Virus record (IMG/VR): IMGVR_UViG_3300027793_000063
Location: 1 to 64,000 of that record
DNA: 64,000 nt
Direction: 5' to 3' (one strand)
Source of the DNA: a virus
Taxonomy: Duplodnaviria > Caudoviricetes
The notes under the pieces are model-generated. The model had not been told where the DNA came from and did not search any database. It saw only the letters and a list, made by a program, of their open reading frames with translations. The first letter of the stretch is position 1. Every line of letters starts with the position of its first letter. Shown in pieces: positions 17,674 to 26,278 of this stretch. The position numbers were made by a program, and so were the translations under genes.

Positions 17674-17955
17674 TCATGCTGCGCTCACCTTGAATGCGAG
17701 GGTCTTCCCGCGTGTCTGGCATCGCCAACCGGACGTAACGCACATCACTCCCTGTCCCAGCGCCGGCATGACGGTGCGAAAGGTGTTGACCTCCGACAGC
17801 GTCAGCTCCACGCAGTCGCCAATCTCCATGTGGCGCGCGAGCCGCACCATGTCCATCACCTTGCGATGCCGGCGCTTCTCCGGTCTGCCGGTCGGCAGCT
17901 CCATACCCTTGTGGATGACGTAGTCCATCTTGTCTCCGCCGATGGTGAAGCTCAT
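17674..17955 (-). CDS. hypothetical protein
   Basis: ATGA-coupled. Confidence 0.5.
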   Translation of the reverse strand: MSFTIGGDKMDYVIHKGMELPTGRPEKRRHRKVMDMVRLARHMEIGDCVELTLSEVNTFRTVMPALGQGVMCVTSGWRCQTRGKTLAFKVSAA

Positions 17956-18139
17956 CCGCGTTCCACCTCCCTGATCTCGCCCGTCTCCGTGTTCTTCCAC
18001 CTCTCGATGAAATAGGGCGTCGTATGGAGCGGCCACAGCCAGTTCGGCCCTTCATATCCCGTGGACTCGATCTCCACCAGCTCCCAACCGTCCTTCCAGG
18101 CCCACTTCCACCAAGCGATCCACCGCATGACGAGACGCT

Positions 18140-18829
18140 TCACGGCTGCGCTCCCTTGTTGGTCGACACGTGCTCCGCGATACCGAGGCAGAGTCGGGTC
18201 AGCTCTTCCCAGTCGTTGACCTCGTTCATGAACTCCCGGCACGGTCCGTCGTAAGGTTTCGCGGTGTGCGGAATTCCCTGCGCGAAGGCATGCCCGGTCG
18301 CGTAGAATACGGTTGCGTCCGTGAACGGGACAGGGCCGACGTGGATCAACATTCCACCTGACCAGTCGCGCGAGTACCAGTCCGTCGATCTGTCGCGGGC
18401 AGCCCAACGGTCCTTTTCGTCGCCGCACACCTCTGACCACCACCACGAGGCCCCGAGACCAAGTCCGTCTCGAAAGCGCTTGACCCGCAGTATGCGCGGA
18501 TCGTTCATCTCCTCGTCCGTCCAGCCAGCGTAAGAGTAAGCGCGTTTGCTTTGAATTGTCTCCTGATACCAGGTGAACGACCTCGGCTTGTAGAAGAACG
18601 AGAGCGGCAGGTTCAGCACCTCGTCTGTCCGCACATACAGGTTCAGGTCGTGGAAGTTGTCGCGCAGCATGAACGTCAGCCCCGGCATGGTGATGGTCGG
18701 GACCGGCAGGATGATGCTCTTGCTCGTGTGCGAGTGGTTGATGTCGACGGCAGCGGCGTTGAGATGCTGCGCGAGCTGGTGTATCTGTCCGATTTGCTGT
18801 AGCGCAGCAGGGTGTGTAAACTGGATCAT
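18140..18829 (-). CDS. hypothetical protein
   Basis: Long ORF. Confidence 0.65.
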   Translation of the reverse strand: MIQFTHPAALQQIGQIHQLAQHLNAAAVDINHSHTSKSIILPVPTITMPGLTFMLRDNFHDLNLYVRTDEVLNLPLSFFYKPRSFTWYQETIQSKRAYSYAGWTDEEMNDPRILRVKRFRDGLGLGASWWWSEVCGDEKDRWAARDRSTDWYSRDWSGGMLIHVGPVPFTDATVFYATGHAFAQGIPHTAKPYDGPCREFMNEVNDWEELTRLCLGIAEHVSTNKGAQP

Positions 18830-19110
18830 TTGTGTGATTTGGGTCTGAGTTTCGGCCACTCCTGCGGCAGCATAAGCTGCACGCCGGTGATGTCGCGCTC
18901 GGTAGGGAGCGGGAGCGCCTCGGGTTCATCGGTAGGGAGCGGGAGCGCCTCGGGTTCATCGGTAGGGAGCGGGAGCGCCTCCGGTTCTGGAGCGGACGCA
19001 GGAGGAGCTACGATCTCCGGTGTATCCTCCGGGAAGGTGGCGATCTGCCAGATGAGCAATACCCAACAGGCGATGATGCCGCCGCATGCGTAAGATGTCT
19101 TGCGGTTCAT
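18826..19110 (-). CDS. membrane-anchored protein with Pro-rich tandem repeat
   Basis: TM helix followed by three EPEALPLPT units. Confidence 0.6.
   Translation of the reverse strand: MNRKTSYACGGIIACWVLLIWQIATFPEDTPEIVAPPASAPEPEALPLPTDEPEALPLPTDEPEALPLPTERDITGVQLMLPQEWPKLRPKSHK
18899..18987. repeat. 30-bp tandem repeat, about 3 copies
   Basis: ggtagggagcgggagcgcctcgggttcatc units. Confidence 0.9.
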
Positions 19111-19493
19111 TTACGTGTTCGCTTTTGCGGTTCCTTGGACGTCGCACCGAAGGCTCTCTCTCGGTTGGCCAGCTTCAGCAGTTCGCCGGGCGTAGTGGCG
19201 TTTCCCACTTCGTCCGGCGCGACGTCTTCCAGCAGCATCGGAATGACGACGTCCAGCCGCCATTCCATCACCGGCGCTACATACAGTTCGCCCTCCCAGT
19301 ATCCGAAGTCCAGGATGTCACCACTCTGCGGCTCGCAGCCCCAGAACATACAGAACTCTTCGATGTCGAATCGGTCAATGGTCTTCAGCTCGTCGGTGCC
19401 GTAGTAGTCGGACCTGACTCTGTTGACGATCCCATCTTCAGGGCTTACGCGCAGCTCGCCGTTTGACGAGTAGATGATGATCTCTTGCATCAT
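19107..19493 (-). CDS. hypothetical protein
   Basis: Coupled ORF. Confidence 0.55.
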   Translation of the reverse strand: MMQEIIIYSSNGELRVSPEDGIVNRVRSDYYGTDELKTIDRFDIEEFCMFWGCEPQSGDILDFGYWEGELYVAPVMEWRLDVVIPMLLEDVAPDEVGNATTPGELLKLANRERAFGATSKEPQKRTRK

Positions 19494-19942
19494 CTGCGCA
19501 TGCTGAGGTCGTCGCACAGTGCCCCGACCGTGGGGAACCCCTGACTGAAGTCCACCGAGTAGTTGAACCCGTGATACGGGTAACGCTGCGACTGGAAGGC
19601 CACATACCATTCGCCTTCTTCGCCGTCCTTCACCGCCAGTGTCCAGTCGCCGGCGCTGCTGCAAGTCTCGACGGATTGGACCTCCGCAAACCCCAGCTCC
19701 TCGAAGAACTGGTAGTAGCTCCCCGCGCCGGCGCCGGGCACCGCGACACCCCGCCCGTCGCGCAGGAGGTCGTAGGCGCCCTCCTTGGTCTCGATCTTCT
19801 CTCCGCCGGGGCGCACAGTCCCGTTGTCGTTCCACGGCGCCGTGTAGAGCGCCCCGAGGCCATGCGGCTGCTCCGCGATTCCGGTTGCGTGTTCTGCGAT
19901 CATCCGCGCGAGGACTTCGCTGTGAGTTTTTGACATCATCAT
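19490..19942 (-). CDS. hypothetical protein
   Basis: 150-aa ORF. Confidence 0.6.
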   Translation of the reverse strand: MMMSKTHSEVLARMIAEHATGIAEQPHGLGALYTAPWNDNGTVRPGGEKIETKEGAYDLLRDGRGVAVPGAGAGSYYQFFEELGFAEVQSVETCSSAGDWTLAVKDGEEGEWYVAFQSQRYPYHGFNYSVDFSQGFPTVGALCDDLSMRR

Positions 19943-19951
19943 GGGTTTGGG

Positions 19952-20197
19952 TTAACCGGCAGCATCGCCGGAGGTGTTACAAGGAACCATCGAATCTGGA
20001 CATCGCCAGATGTACACGGCGCCGTCCGGCGACACGATCTTCCTCGGTGCGATCTGCTCCAGTTCCAATACCCGCGAGATGAATATCTCCCTCTCCTTGC
20101 AGAGCATCACGATAATATCCTCCAGGGAGCGTCCGCGTCGCAGCATGCTGTAGACGACGACGTTTGTGCGCTTGATGCGTTCGAACTCGTCGCTCAT
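19952..20197 (-). CDS. hypothetical protein
   Basis: Coupled ORF. Confidence 0.5.
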   Translation of the reverse strand: MSDEFERIKRTNVVVYSMLRRGRSLEDIIVMLCKEREIFISRVLELEQIAPRKIVSPDGAVYIWRCPDSMVPCNTSGDAAG

Positions 20198-20505
20198 GGT
20201 GTCTTCTCCACCGCTTGCGCCCTCACAAGGATGGCGCGGTATGCCCTCGCAAGGATGGCGCGGTATGCTATGTAGGTCTTGCGTGCGCCCCGCACGCCTT
20301 CGTCGGCGTCGGACTCGCAATTCCGCATACCCTCCTCGAACCCGTTGATCATGTCCCAGACGAGCTGTTTCAGATCGGTCACGCGCTTCTCCATAAGCCG
20401 GGCGTGTTTGCGCATCTCAGCGTAATGATCCCCGTGTCCATGCTCGCACTGGTTGGCGAGCCGAGTGTCGAGACGGTCGGTCAGTGGCGAACGAGAGACG
20501 CTCAT
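20194..20505 (-). CDS. hypothetical protein with 24-bp tandem duplication (20226-20268)
   Basis: AYRAIL twice. Confidence 0.55.
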   Translation of the reverse strand: MSVSRSPLTDRLDTRLANQCEHGHGDHYAEMRKHARLMEKRVTDLKQLVWDMINGFEEGMRNCESDADEGVRGARKTYIAYRAILARAYRAILVRAQAVEKTP

Positions 20506-20960
20506 GGTGCCTCCTCCGCCAAGTGAACGGGAGGCTCGACCCCCAGTCGTCTCAGCACGAGGTCCGCGCCCTCGCGCATACAGGTGACGTCGCCGTTCGT
20601 GAATGCCTCGTTGGTGACGCGAAGCGTCATCTGACAGTCCATCGACACGCTCTTCAGCATGTCAACAGCGGCCTCCTTCTCCGCCTCCAACTCCTTAATG
20701 CGCCGGTTCGCTTCATCGGTCTGCTTGTGCGATTCCTCCAAGGCGAAGCACTTGAGGTGGAAGTCCCTTTTCAGTGTCCCGTGCTGGTATGCGATTTCCT
20801 CAAGGCACTCGATGCGCCGGTGCTGCCCTACAATGATCGCGTAGAGCGACTCTTCGTAAAGAGTGCTCCCGGTGTAGACTCCATCGAGGATGTTCGCCAG
20901 GGTCGATGGACGCAGCCCGTCGAGCCCGCAGTCGTCCGCGATCTCTTTGATGGTTTTCAC
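20502..20960 (-). CDS. hypothetical coiled-coil protein
   Basis: Coupled ORF. Confidence 0.55.
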   Translation of the reverse strand: MKTIKEIADDCGLDGLRPSTLANILDGVYTGSTLYEESLYAIIVGQHRRIECLEEIAYQHGTLKRDFHLKCFALEESHKQTDEANRRIKELEAEKEAAVDMLKSVSMDCQMTLRVTNEAFTNGDVTCMREGADLVLRRLGVEPPVHLAEEAP

Positions 20961-21241
20961 TGAGCTTCCTCCGTGTGGTCGACTTCCTCATCTGTCTCTG
21001 CCACGAGCAACAGCTCGCGCTCCAGCCACAGAGCACCCTCCGAGTCCACGAAGATGCGTTGACCGCAAGCGACCCGCGTCTCCTGCGCATCCCAGTCCAC
21101 GTCGGTCGTGCCTTCGTAGTCGATGTCATACCGTCCGTCGACTTGCGGCGCTTCGATGCCGGCATTGACGATTTGCGCCACGCCCGAGATCCGCTCCTCG
21201 GTGCCGACGATGTCCTTCCCTGTTGGGGATTGTAACTTCAT
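20957..21241 (-). CDS. hypothetical acidic protein
   Basis: Coupled ORF. Confidence 0.6.
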   Translation of the reverse strand: MKLQSPTGKDIVGTEERISGVAQIVNAGIEAPQVDGRYDIDYEGTTDVDWDAQETRVACGQRIFVDSEGALWLERELLLVAETDEEVDHTEEAQ

Positions 21242-21561
21242 GGTTGAGTTTCTTTTTTACGATAGTCCACGTAGGCCACCGGGTAGAGGAACCGGCTGGG
21301 GGCATCCCCGAGCCGGAACCCTGCCTCCTCCACTTTGGAGAGAGGCCAGCTGTTGCTCGGCCCCATCGCCAGCACGCTGAGATGGCCGCAGTGTGAGCTG
21401 TCCATCTGCAGACACTCGAACAAGACGAGGGCCTCCTTGTCCGGATATCTGGCGGCCATCTCCATGATTGAGGCATGGGTTGACGGGGCCATCTTTTCCA
21501 AGAGATCGAAGATGGTGATCTCCTTCACTTCCCCGGAAACTGGGTTGATGAGTTTGTTCAT
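21238..21561 (-). CDS. hypothetical protein
   Basis: Coupled ORF. Confidence 0.6.
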   Translation of the reverse strand: MNKLINPVSGEVKEITIFDLLEKMAPSTHASIMEMAARYPDKEALVLFECLQMDSSHCGHLSVLAMGPSNSWPLSKVEEAGFRLGDAPSRFLYPVAYVDYRKKETQP

Positions 21562-21791
21562 TTTTTGTTCTGCTGTTCTGTGTATTGCTCCAGTGCGCTC
21601 GACGTCGGACCAAACGACTCTCCGAGCAGGAAGCTGATGTGTCCGATGATGCACTTCAGGGACGGCTCGCAGCGAAGTGCCGCCGGTCCGTTCGCATACT
21701 CCTTCACAGCCGCGCCGAGCGCGATGAGAAGTCCAGCGACGTTCTGTGCGCCCGCGTTGCAGTGGTCAGCCAGATCGGTGAGTTTGCTCAT
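21558..21791 (-). CDS. hypothetical protein
   Basis: Coupled ORF. Confidence 0.55.
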   Translation of the reverse strand: MSKLTDLADHCNAGAQNVAGLLIALGAAVKEYANGPAALRCEPSLKCIIGHISFLLGESFGPTSSALEQYTEQQNKK

Positions 21792-22060
21792 TTGCGCACC
21801 CCCACAGGCTGACCAGCCAAACTGATCCGGTGATACTCGTCGCAGCTCCAGACGACCCCATACCACCGGAAGCCGCGGGCGCGACCGTTCATCCCGTGCC
21901 ACTTGGACTTCTTTTCCGGCGCGCACTGCTTGGTCTTTTGCGCCGCCATCTCATCGGCGATGCGCTGCGCCTTGGCACGATCCGCAATCACCTGCTCACC
22001 GCTGTCGCTCAGCAGGAAGCCAAGGCCGAGCTTGATCGGCAGTCTGGTTACGGTGCCCAT
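21788..22060 (-). CDS. hypothetical protein
   Basis: AGGAG upstream; coupled. Confidence 0.55.
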   Translation of the reverse strand: MGTVTRLPIKLGLGFLLSDSGEQVIADRAKAQRIADEMAAQKTKQCAPEKKSKWHGMNGRARGFRWYGVVWSCDEYHRISLAGQPVGVRK

Positions 22061-22228
22061 TGCGGACTCCTTTCGGCGCGTGCGCGGATCTGTCTGAGAT
22101 GCGCGTGCCACTCCCTCCTGTGTATCCAGCCGCCGTAAGGGGCGGCGATGAATCCGCGCCCACGCATTACCGCGTTGTGGCGACGCTCGCGCTCCAACGC
22201 GGCGATGTCTTCTTCGTGTGTGGTCATA

Positions 22229-22606
22229 TTATTTCTTGTCCGGCTTAATGGCCTCGCACTCGGGGCATATCAGATCGAAGTCGGCCTCTGTGATGTCGCG
22301 CAGTTCACCGGGCGGAAATGCCCGGCTGCAGACCGAGCAGATGTCCACACCGGTGCCGTTCTTCTCGGCTGCGACGACCAGCTGACGCCGCGGCACCGTG
22401 ATGAGCCACGGGCGCTCAGGGATGTTCACGACCACCAGGTCCAGCTTCCTCGCCTTTATCATCCGCTCGAACCCGGGGATGAAGGGCTGACCCACCTCGC
22501 ACAGCAGCGAACATTTGAACCCCATGTCCTTCGTAGCCTCGTAGCAGAAGAAGTGGGCGGTGTACCCGGCAATTCTCTTCGTCGCGATTCTCAGGTGGTG
22601 GTTCAT
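22229..22606 (-). CDS. hypothetical protein, C-terminal Zn finger
   Basis: CSVC...CPEC. Confidence 0.55.
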   Translation of the reverse strand: MNHHLRIATKRIAGYTAHFFCYEATKDMGFKCSLLCEVGQPFIPGFERMIKARKLDLVVVNIPERPWLITVPRRQLVVAAEKNGTGVDICSVCSRAFPPGELRDITEADFDLICPECEAIKPDKK

Positions 22607-22851
22607 GCCGACACCTCCGTCGTCGGTATCCCGAGCGCCTTTTGGATTTCGCGCAACTGGGTCGCGCGTCCGAATTGCTCGCCGAGGCGACGACCCGCGT
22701 CGAACCCGTAGGCCGCGGCGCGAACTTCCGCTTCGTCCTTCACAGCCCATCGCAGCTGGCAGACGTGCTCGCCGTCATCGCTGCAGATGTTCGTGTAATT
22801 GCCTTCGATTTCGTAGCTCCACGTCTCGATTCCGATGCGAACTGTTGTCAT
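22603..22851 (-). CDS. hypothetical protein
   Basis: Coupled ORF. Confidence 0.55.
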   Translation of the reverse strand: MTTVRIGIETWSYEIEGNYTNICSDDGEHVCQLRWAVKDEAEVRAAAYGFDAGRRLGEQFGRATQLREIQKALGIPTTEVSA

Positions 22852-22900
22852 GGTTGTTTTGGTATTTTAGATGTGCGTCTGTAGGTCAGTTGGCGACGGC

Positions 22901-23131
22901 TCATTTCACCCTCCTGAAATCGCCGGCGTTTACGCTCCCTTCCACGACTGGGTTCGCCCTCCATGCGCCTTCCGCGGTGCCGTAGCCGAGGCGATGGCAC
23001 AGGCCCCACATGTCGGAAGACGACTCCCATTCGCTGAATGACGTGTAGTTGTTCCGGAGTCGGGTCCTCCAGCCCATGAGTCCTGACTTGCAGCGTACCC
23101 GGTAAACGCGATTGGTGGTGTGCGTCTTCAT
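22901..23131 (-). CDS. hypothetical protein
   Basis: Coupled ORF. Confidence 0.55.
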   Translation of the reverse strand: MKTHTTNRVYRVRCKSGLMGWRTRLRNNYTSFSEWESSSDMWGLCHRLGYGTAEGAWRANPVVEGSVNAGDFRRVK

Positions 23132-23427
23132 ATCGAGAATTCCGCGGTGAAGCGGTGCTTGATCGAATTCCGACGCAGCCACTCCATTACCAGCGTCAGC
23201 TTGGTAATACCGAACTTATGGATGTCCAGGATGTGATACGGTCCGCGGCACCACGACTTCCACCGCCCGAGCACGGGCTCCTGTGGATCACCCAGGATGC
23301 CGGCCAGTTCGTCGAACCGATACTTCGGCAGTCGCTGTCGGATTTCGAGATCGGCCCCGTGTCCGTGCTCGAAACGATTGAGCAGGAACAGGAGGCATCC
23401 GTTGATGGCTGACTGAGATACGCTCAC
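23128..23427 (-). CDS. hypothetical protein
   Basis: AGGAGG upstream of GTG. Confidence 0.55.
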   Translation of the reverse strand: MSVSQSAINGCLLFLLNRFEHGHGADLEIRQRLPKYRFDELAGILGDPQEPVLGRWKSWCRGPYHILDIHKFGITKLTLVMEWLRRNSIKHRFTAEFSI

Positions 23428-23519
23428 TTGGTCCTCCTACGGTTGCGCCAACCGACTAGCAGCAGCGCGCCGACCGCCAACGCGAGGATGACGCACGTCG
23501 TCTTGTTCGTGATTTTCAT
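23424..23519 (-). CDS. 31-aa membrane peptide
   Basis: MKITNKTTCVILALAVGALLLVGWRNRRRTK; GTGA overlap; not in ORF track. Confidence 0.45.
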   Translation of the reverse strand: MKITNKTTCVILALAVGALLLVGWRNRRRTK

Positions 23520-23525
23520 GGTGGA

Positions 23526-23918
23526 TTAGGAATTCGCCGCTTCTTCGGCTTTGCAATATGCCGCGTAGGTCTTGAAGCCCCCCTTGTCATACCACTTCCT
23601 GATCTTCTTCGGATCGTGGAAGTGGCCCTGTCCGGGCTCACGGCGGCTGAAGCCGACGATAGACTTGAACGTGTCTCCCGGCGTGCAGAACTTCTGCAGC
23701 ACCAGCTTCGCTTCCTTGTTTTCCATGGCCGCATGGATGGACTCGATGGTGACTCCGATATCGAGGTTGACCCGGCCGTAGCCGTCGTAAGATCCGGCGA
23801 CGCGATCGCCGTTCTTGAACAGCATCACGACCTCGTATGTCTCGGGCATGTATCCCCAGCTGCTGCTGTTCAGGATGGGGAGGTTGGTTTTCGCACACGT
23901 ATAGGATGAGAATCCCAT
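23526..23918 (-). CDS. hypothetical protein
   Basis: MGFSSYTC...GSYDGYGRV, phage-type family. Confidence 0.65.
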   Translation of the reverse strand: MGFSSYTCAKTNLPILNSSSWGYMPETYEVVMLFKNGDRVAGSYDGYGRVNLDIGVTIESIHAAMENKEAKLVLQKFCTPGDTFKSIVGFSRREPGQGHFHDPKKIRKWYDKGGFKTYAAYCKAEEAANS

Positions 23919-24160
23919 TGGTTTGGTTTGGTTTATGTTGGTTGGTGTTGGTTACAGTCCGTCGATAATCGCAGGCTCCACGTTGAGATTCTGAAGCTGG
24001 GTCAGCGTGGCATTGTATAGCGCGGTGACGGTGACCTGCGCGTCGTGGACCCGCCGGCGGTTCGTCTCGCTATTCGCGTGACTTTGCGCCTTCGCGGCCG
24101 CCGCATAAACGATCAACGCTTCCTGAAAGCGCACCAAGGCAGTGGCATACGGCAGCGCGT

Positions 24161-24745
24161 TCATTCGTCCCCCTTCAGATAGAATCCGCTGGAGGCCCAC
24201 ACGACGACCGAGTCGGGCGGGCGACCGTCGGTGATGATCTTGGCGTAGTAAGCGCCCTCCAGTTTTGGCGTGAGCTTTCCATCCAGTCGGAGTTCACCGT
24301 TGAACTCCTTCTTCGCCCATTTTCGGATCAGCGCTTCCAGGTCCACCTTCTCCCGCTTTCGGACTGGGCGCACCCACTCCTGTCCGCTGCGACACTCTCG
24401 CACAACCATGTAGCAGTCCAGTGGTTTGCCGGCGGCTCTCGCCCGGTTGAACACGCCCATCGCAGTGTCGGCCTCCTTGTCGAGCCGTGTGCCAGCGAAC
24501 GACACCCACACCCACGCCGAGACGTAGGCGCCGTTGTCGTCGCCTTCGCTGACGATCGCATAGTCATCCACCTCCGTCTCACCTTCAGTCGACGCGGCGT
24601 CAGCCAGCGCCACAATTTCAGCAACACGGTCCGGGTCGGTCTGGGTAGCGCTGGCTGCCTTCACGCAGTCTGCGATGGTCAGGTCGCCGCGACGGATGGC
24701 TTCGGTGATCGCCCGCGCTGTCAGTTTGTCGTCGGCGTTCCACAT
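24161..24745 (-). CDS. hypothetical protein
   Basis: Contains DDNGAYVSAWVWV motif. Confidence 0.6.
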   Translation of the reverse strand: MWNADDKLTARAITEAIRRGDLTIADCVKAASATQTDPDRVAEIVALADAASTEGETEVDDYAIVSEGDDNGAYVSAWVWVSFAGTRLDKEADTAMGVFNRARAAGKPLDCYMVVRECRSGQEWVRPVRKREKVDLEALIRKWAKKEFNGELRLDGKLTPKLEGAYYAKIITDGRPPDSVVVWASSGFYLKGDE

Positions 24746-24953
24746 CAGTTACCCTCCATTTCGTTATGCGAAAAGCTATCGACCTCCGGCACTCCGTCCT
24801 TGTTGATGTTGAGTCGCATGATGACGTCCTCATCGTCGAACATTTCGCGCGCAGCGTCGAGCCGCTCGGCGGCGTTCTTGTATGGGCCGTGCACTTCGGG
24901 TTCGACACCCTCCACTACGTTGATGATGTATAGGTTCATTGGTTATGTGTTGG

Positions 24954-25502
24954 TTACAGGTTAATATCGCTTTCGACCTCGTTGCCCCAGCTAGCCCATC
25001 CGTCGTGCTTCTGTCTCGCGAAGAGTTCGACACGCGGCACGTCCCCCATCAGTCGCACCAGCCGGTCGCGGGCCTCGTCCGGCTTACGAGAGTGCTCGCG
25101 CACCTTAGCGTGGATGAGCTGCGGCACTCCGCAGCTCACGCGCTTGGGCTTCCCGCGCACCGCGAATAGGCAGTCCTCTGAGTTGGCCCTGGTCCAATTT
25201 CCCATGCCGAAGTGATCCTTCCCGTGCTTAGTCAGCTTGTGCCAGGTGAACCCCTTCGTCGTCTTCAGTTTGAAGCCCCAGGCCCGCACGAGCTTCAGTG
25301 CCTCCTCTGGCATCGCCCCGACCCACCACATGGCCAGCAGGCAGTCGTCTGCAGCCAAGTCCGCCACTGGCAGCGCGCACATGTCGTCAACGCTCATGAC
25401 CGAGTATTTATGACACGCGCCGCGCTCTCCGGCGCTGGCCTTGTCGTTGAATTGCCAGGCCGGATCGGCGTAGATGATTTTGTATTTTGGTTGGTCGCTC
25501 AT
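24954..25502 (-). CDS. MT-A70 family adenine methyltransferase
   Basis: IIYADPAW, AWGF, GMGNWTRANSE, HSRKPD, ELFAR, WGNE. Confidence 0.9.
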   Translation of the reverse strand: MSDQPKYKIIYADPAWQFNDKASAGERGACHKYSVMSVDDMCALPVADLAADDCLLAMWWVGAMPEEALKLVRAWGFKLKTTKGFTWHKLTKHGKDHFGMGNWTRANSEDCLFAVRGKPKRVSCGVPQLIHAKVREHSRKPDEARDRLVRLMGDVPRVELFARQKHDGWASWGNEVESDINL

Positions 25503-25724
25503 CAGTCGTCGCTTGGTGTGAATGTTGTCTCTTCTCCGCACTTGGTGCACACGGCGTCGTAACCAACGGTGGCTCCGTAGGACCGCGTCGTCTTCCAGTC
25601 GTGGACGCATTCCTCCTCGGCTGCGACCACGTCCGGGAATATCCGGTCCAGCGCTGCCTGCAGCTCCGGTGGTGTGTCCTTCGCTCCTTCCGGAATGATT
25701 CCGCTGAAGAGCCCGGTGTCGTCG

Positions 25725-26018
25725 TTATTTGTTTTGTTCATTGGTGTATTTCTTGTAGTACAGATCGAGCTCCGCGCTGAGAGCCCAAAACTCGGCTTCA
25801 TAGTGTTCGTAGGCTTCCACATCCCCACGCTGCAGCGCAGCGCGGGCATTCGCGGAAGCTCGGTTGAGCGCGTCGACCATCCCGCGCGACCACGCCAGTC
25901 GAGCAGCCCCTACCCTGTGTGCGCGCCGCTGACCTAACACAACGCTCACGGACGCCAGCAGCATGCCGACGACCACACCACCCATGAACCACGTCAGTAA
26001 ATCCGTCGCGATGTTCAT
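25725..26018 (-). CDS. hypothetical membrane protein
   Basis: N-terminal TM helix. Confidence 0.5.
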   Translation of the reverse strand: MNIATDLLTWFMGGVVVGMLLASVSVVLGQRRAHRVGAARLAWSRGMVDALNRASANARAALQRGDVEAYEHYEAEFWALSAELDLYYKKYTNEQNK

Positions 26019-26278
26019 TCTGGTTCGATTTGTTGTGCACCCGGAATCGGGGTCAGTTGATCCCGGGCGAATGCGAGTTGCTCCTCCTTGGTGCTGATGC
26101 TGGATCCCTGCCAGAGATCGCAGAAGCTGAGATACTCCAGCCCGATGTGCGTCACGCCGTCGTTGCGCCGCGTCGGTGTCCACCGATAGAACATTTGCGG
26201 TGTCTGCCCGGTCGGGTCACCCGGCCACGGCAGATACATTTGCGCGCCGCGGGTCGCCGCCGCTTGCTGCGCGGTCAC
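26015..26278 (-). CDS. hypothetical protein
   Basis: GTGA-coupled to the ligase stop. Confidence 0.5.
   Translation of the reverse strand: MTAQQAAATRGAQMYLPWPGDPTGQTPQMFYRWTPTRRNDGVTHIGLEYLSFCDLWQGSSISTKEEQLAFARDQLTPIPGAQQIEPE

Noticed and set aside
18899-18987. Possible CRISPR array
   Set aside because: Contiguous in-frame tandem units with no spacers; no cas genes.
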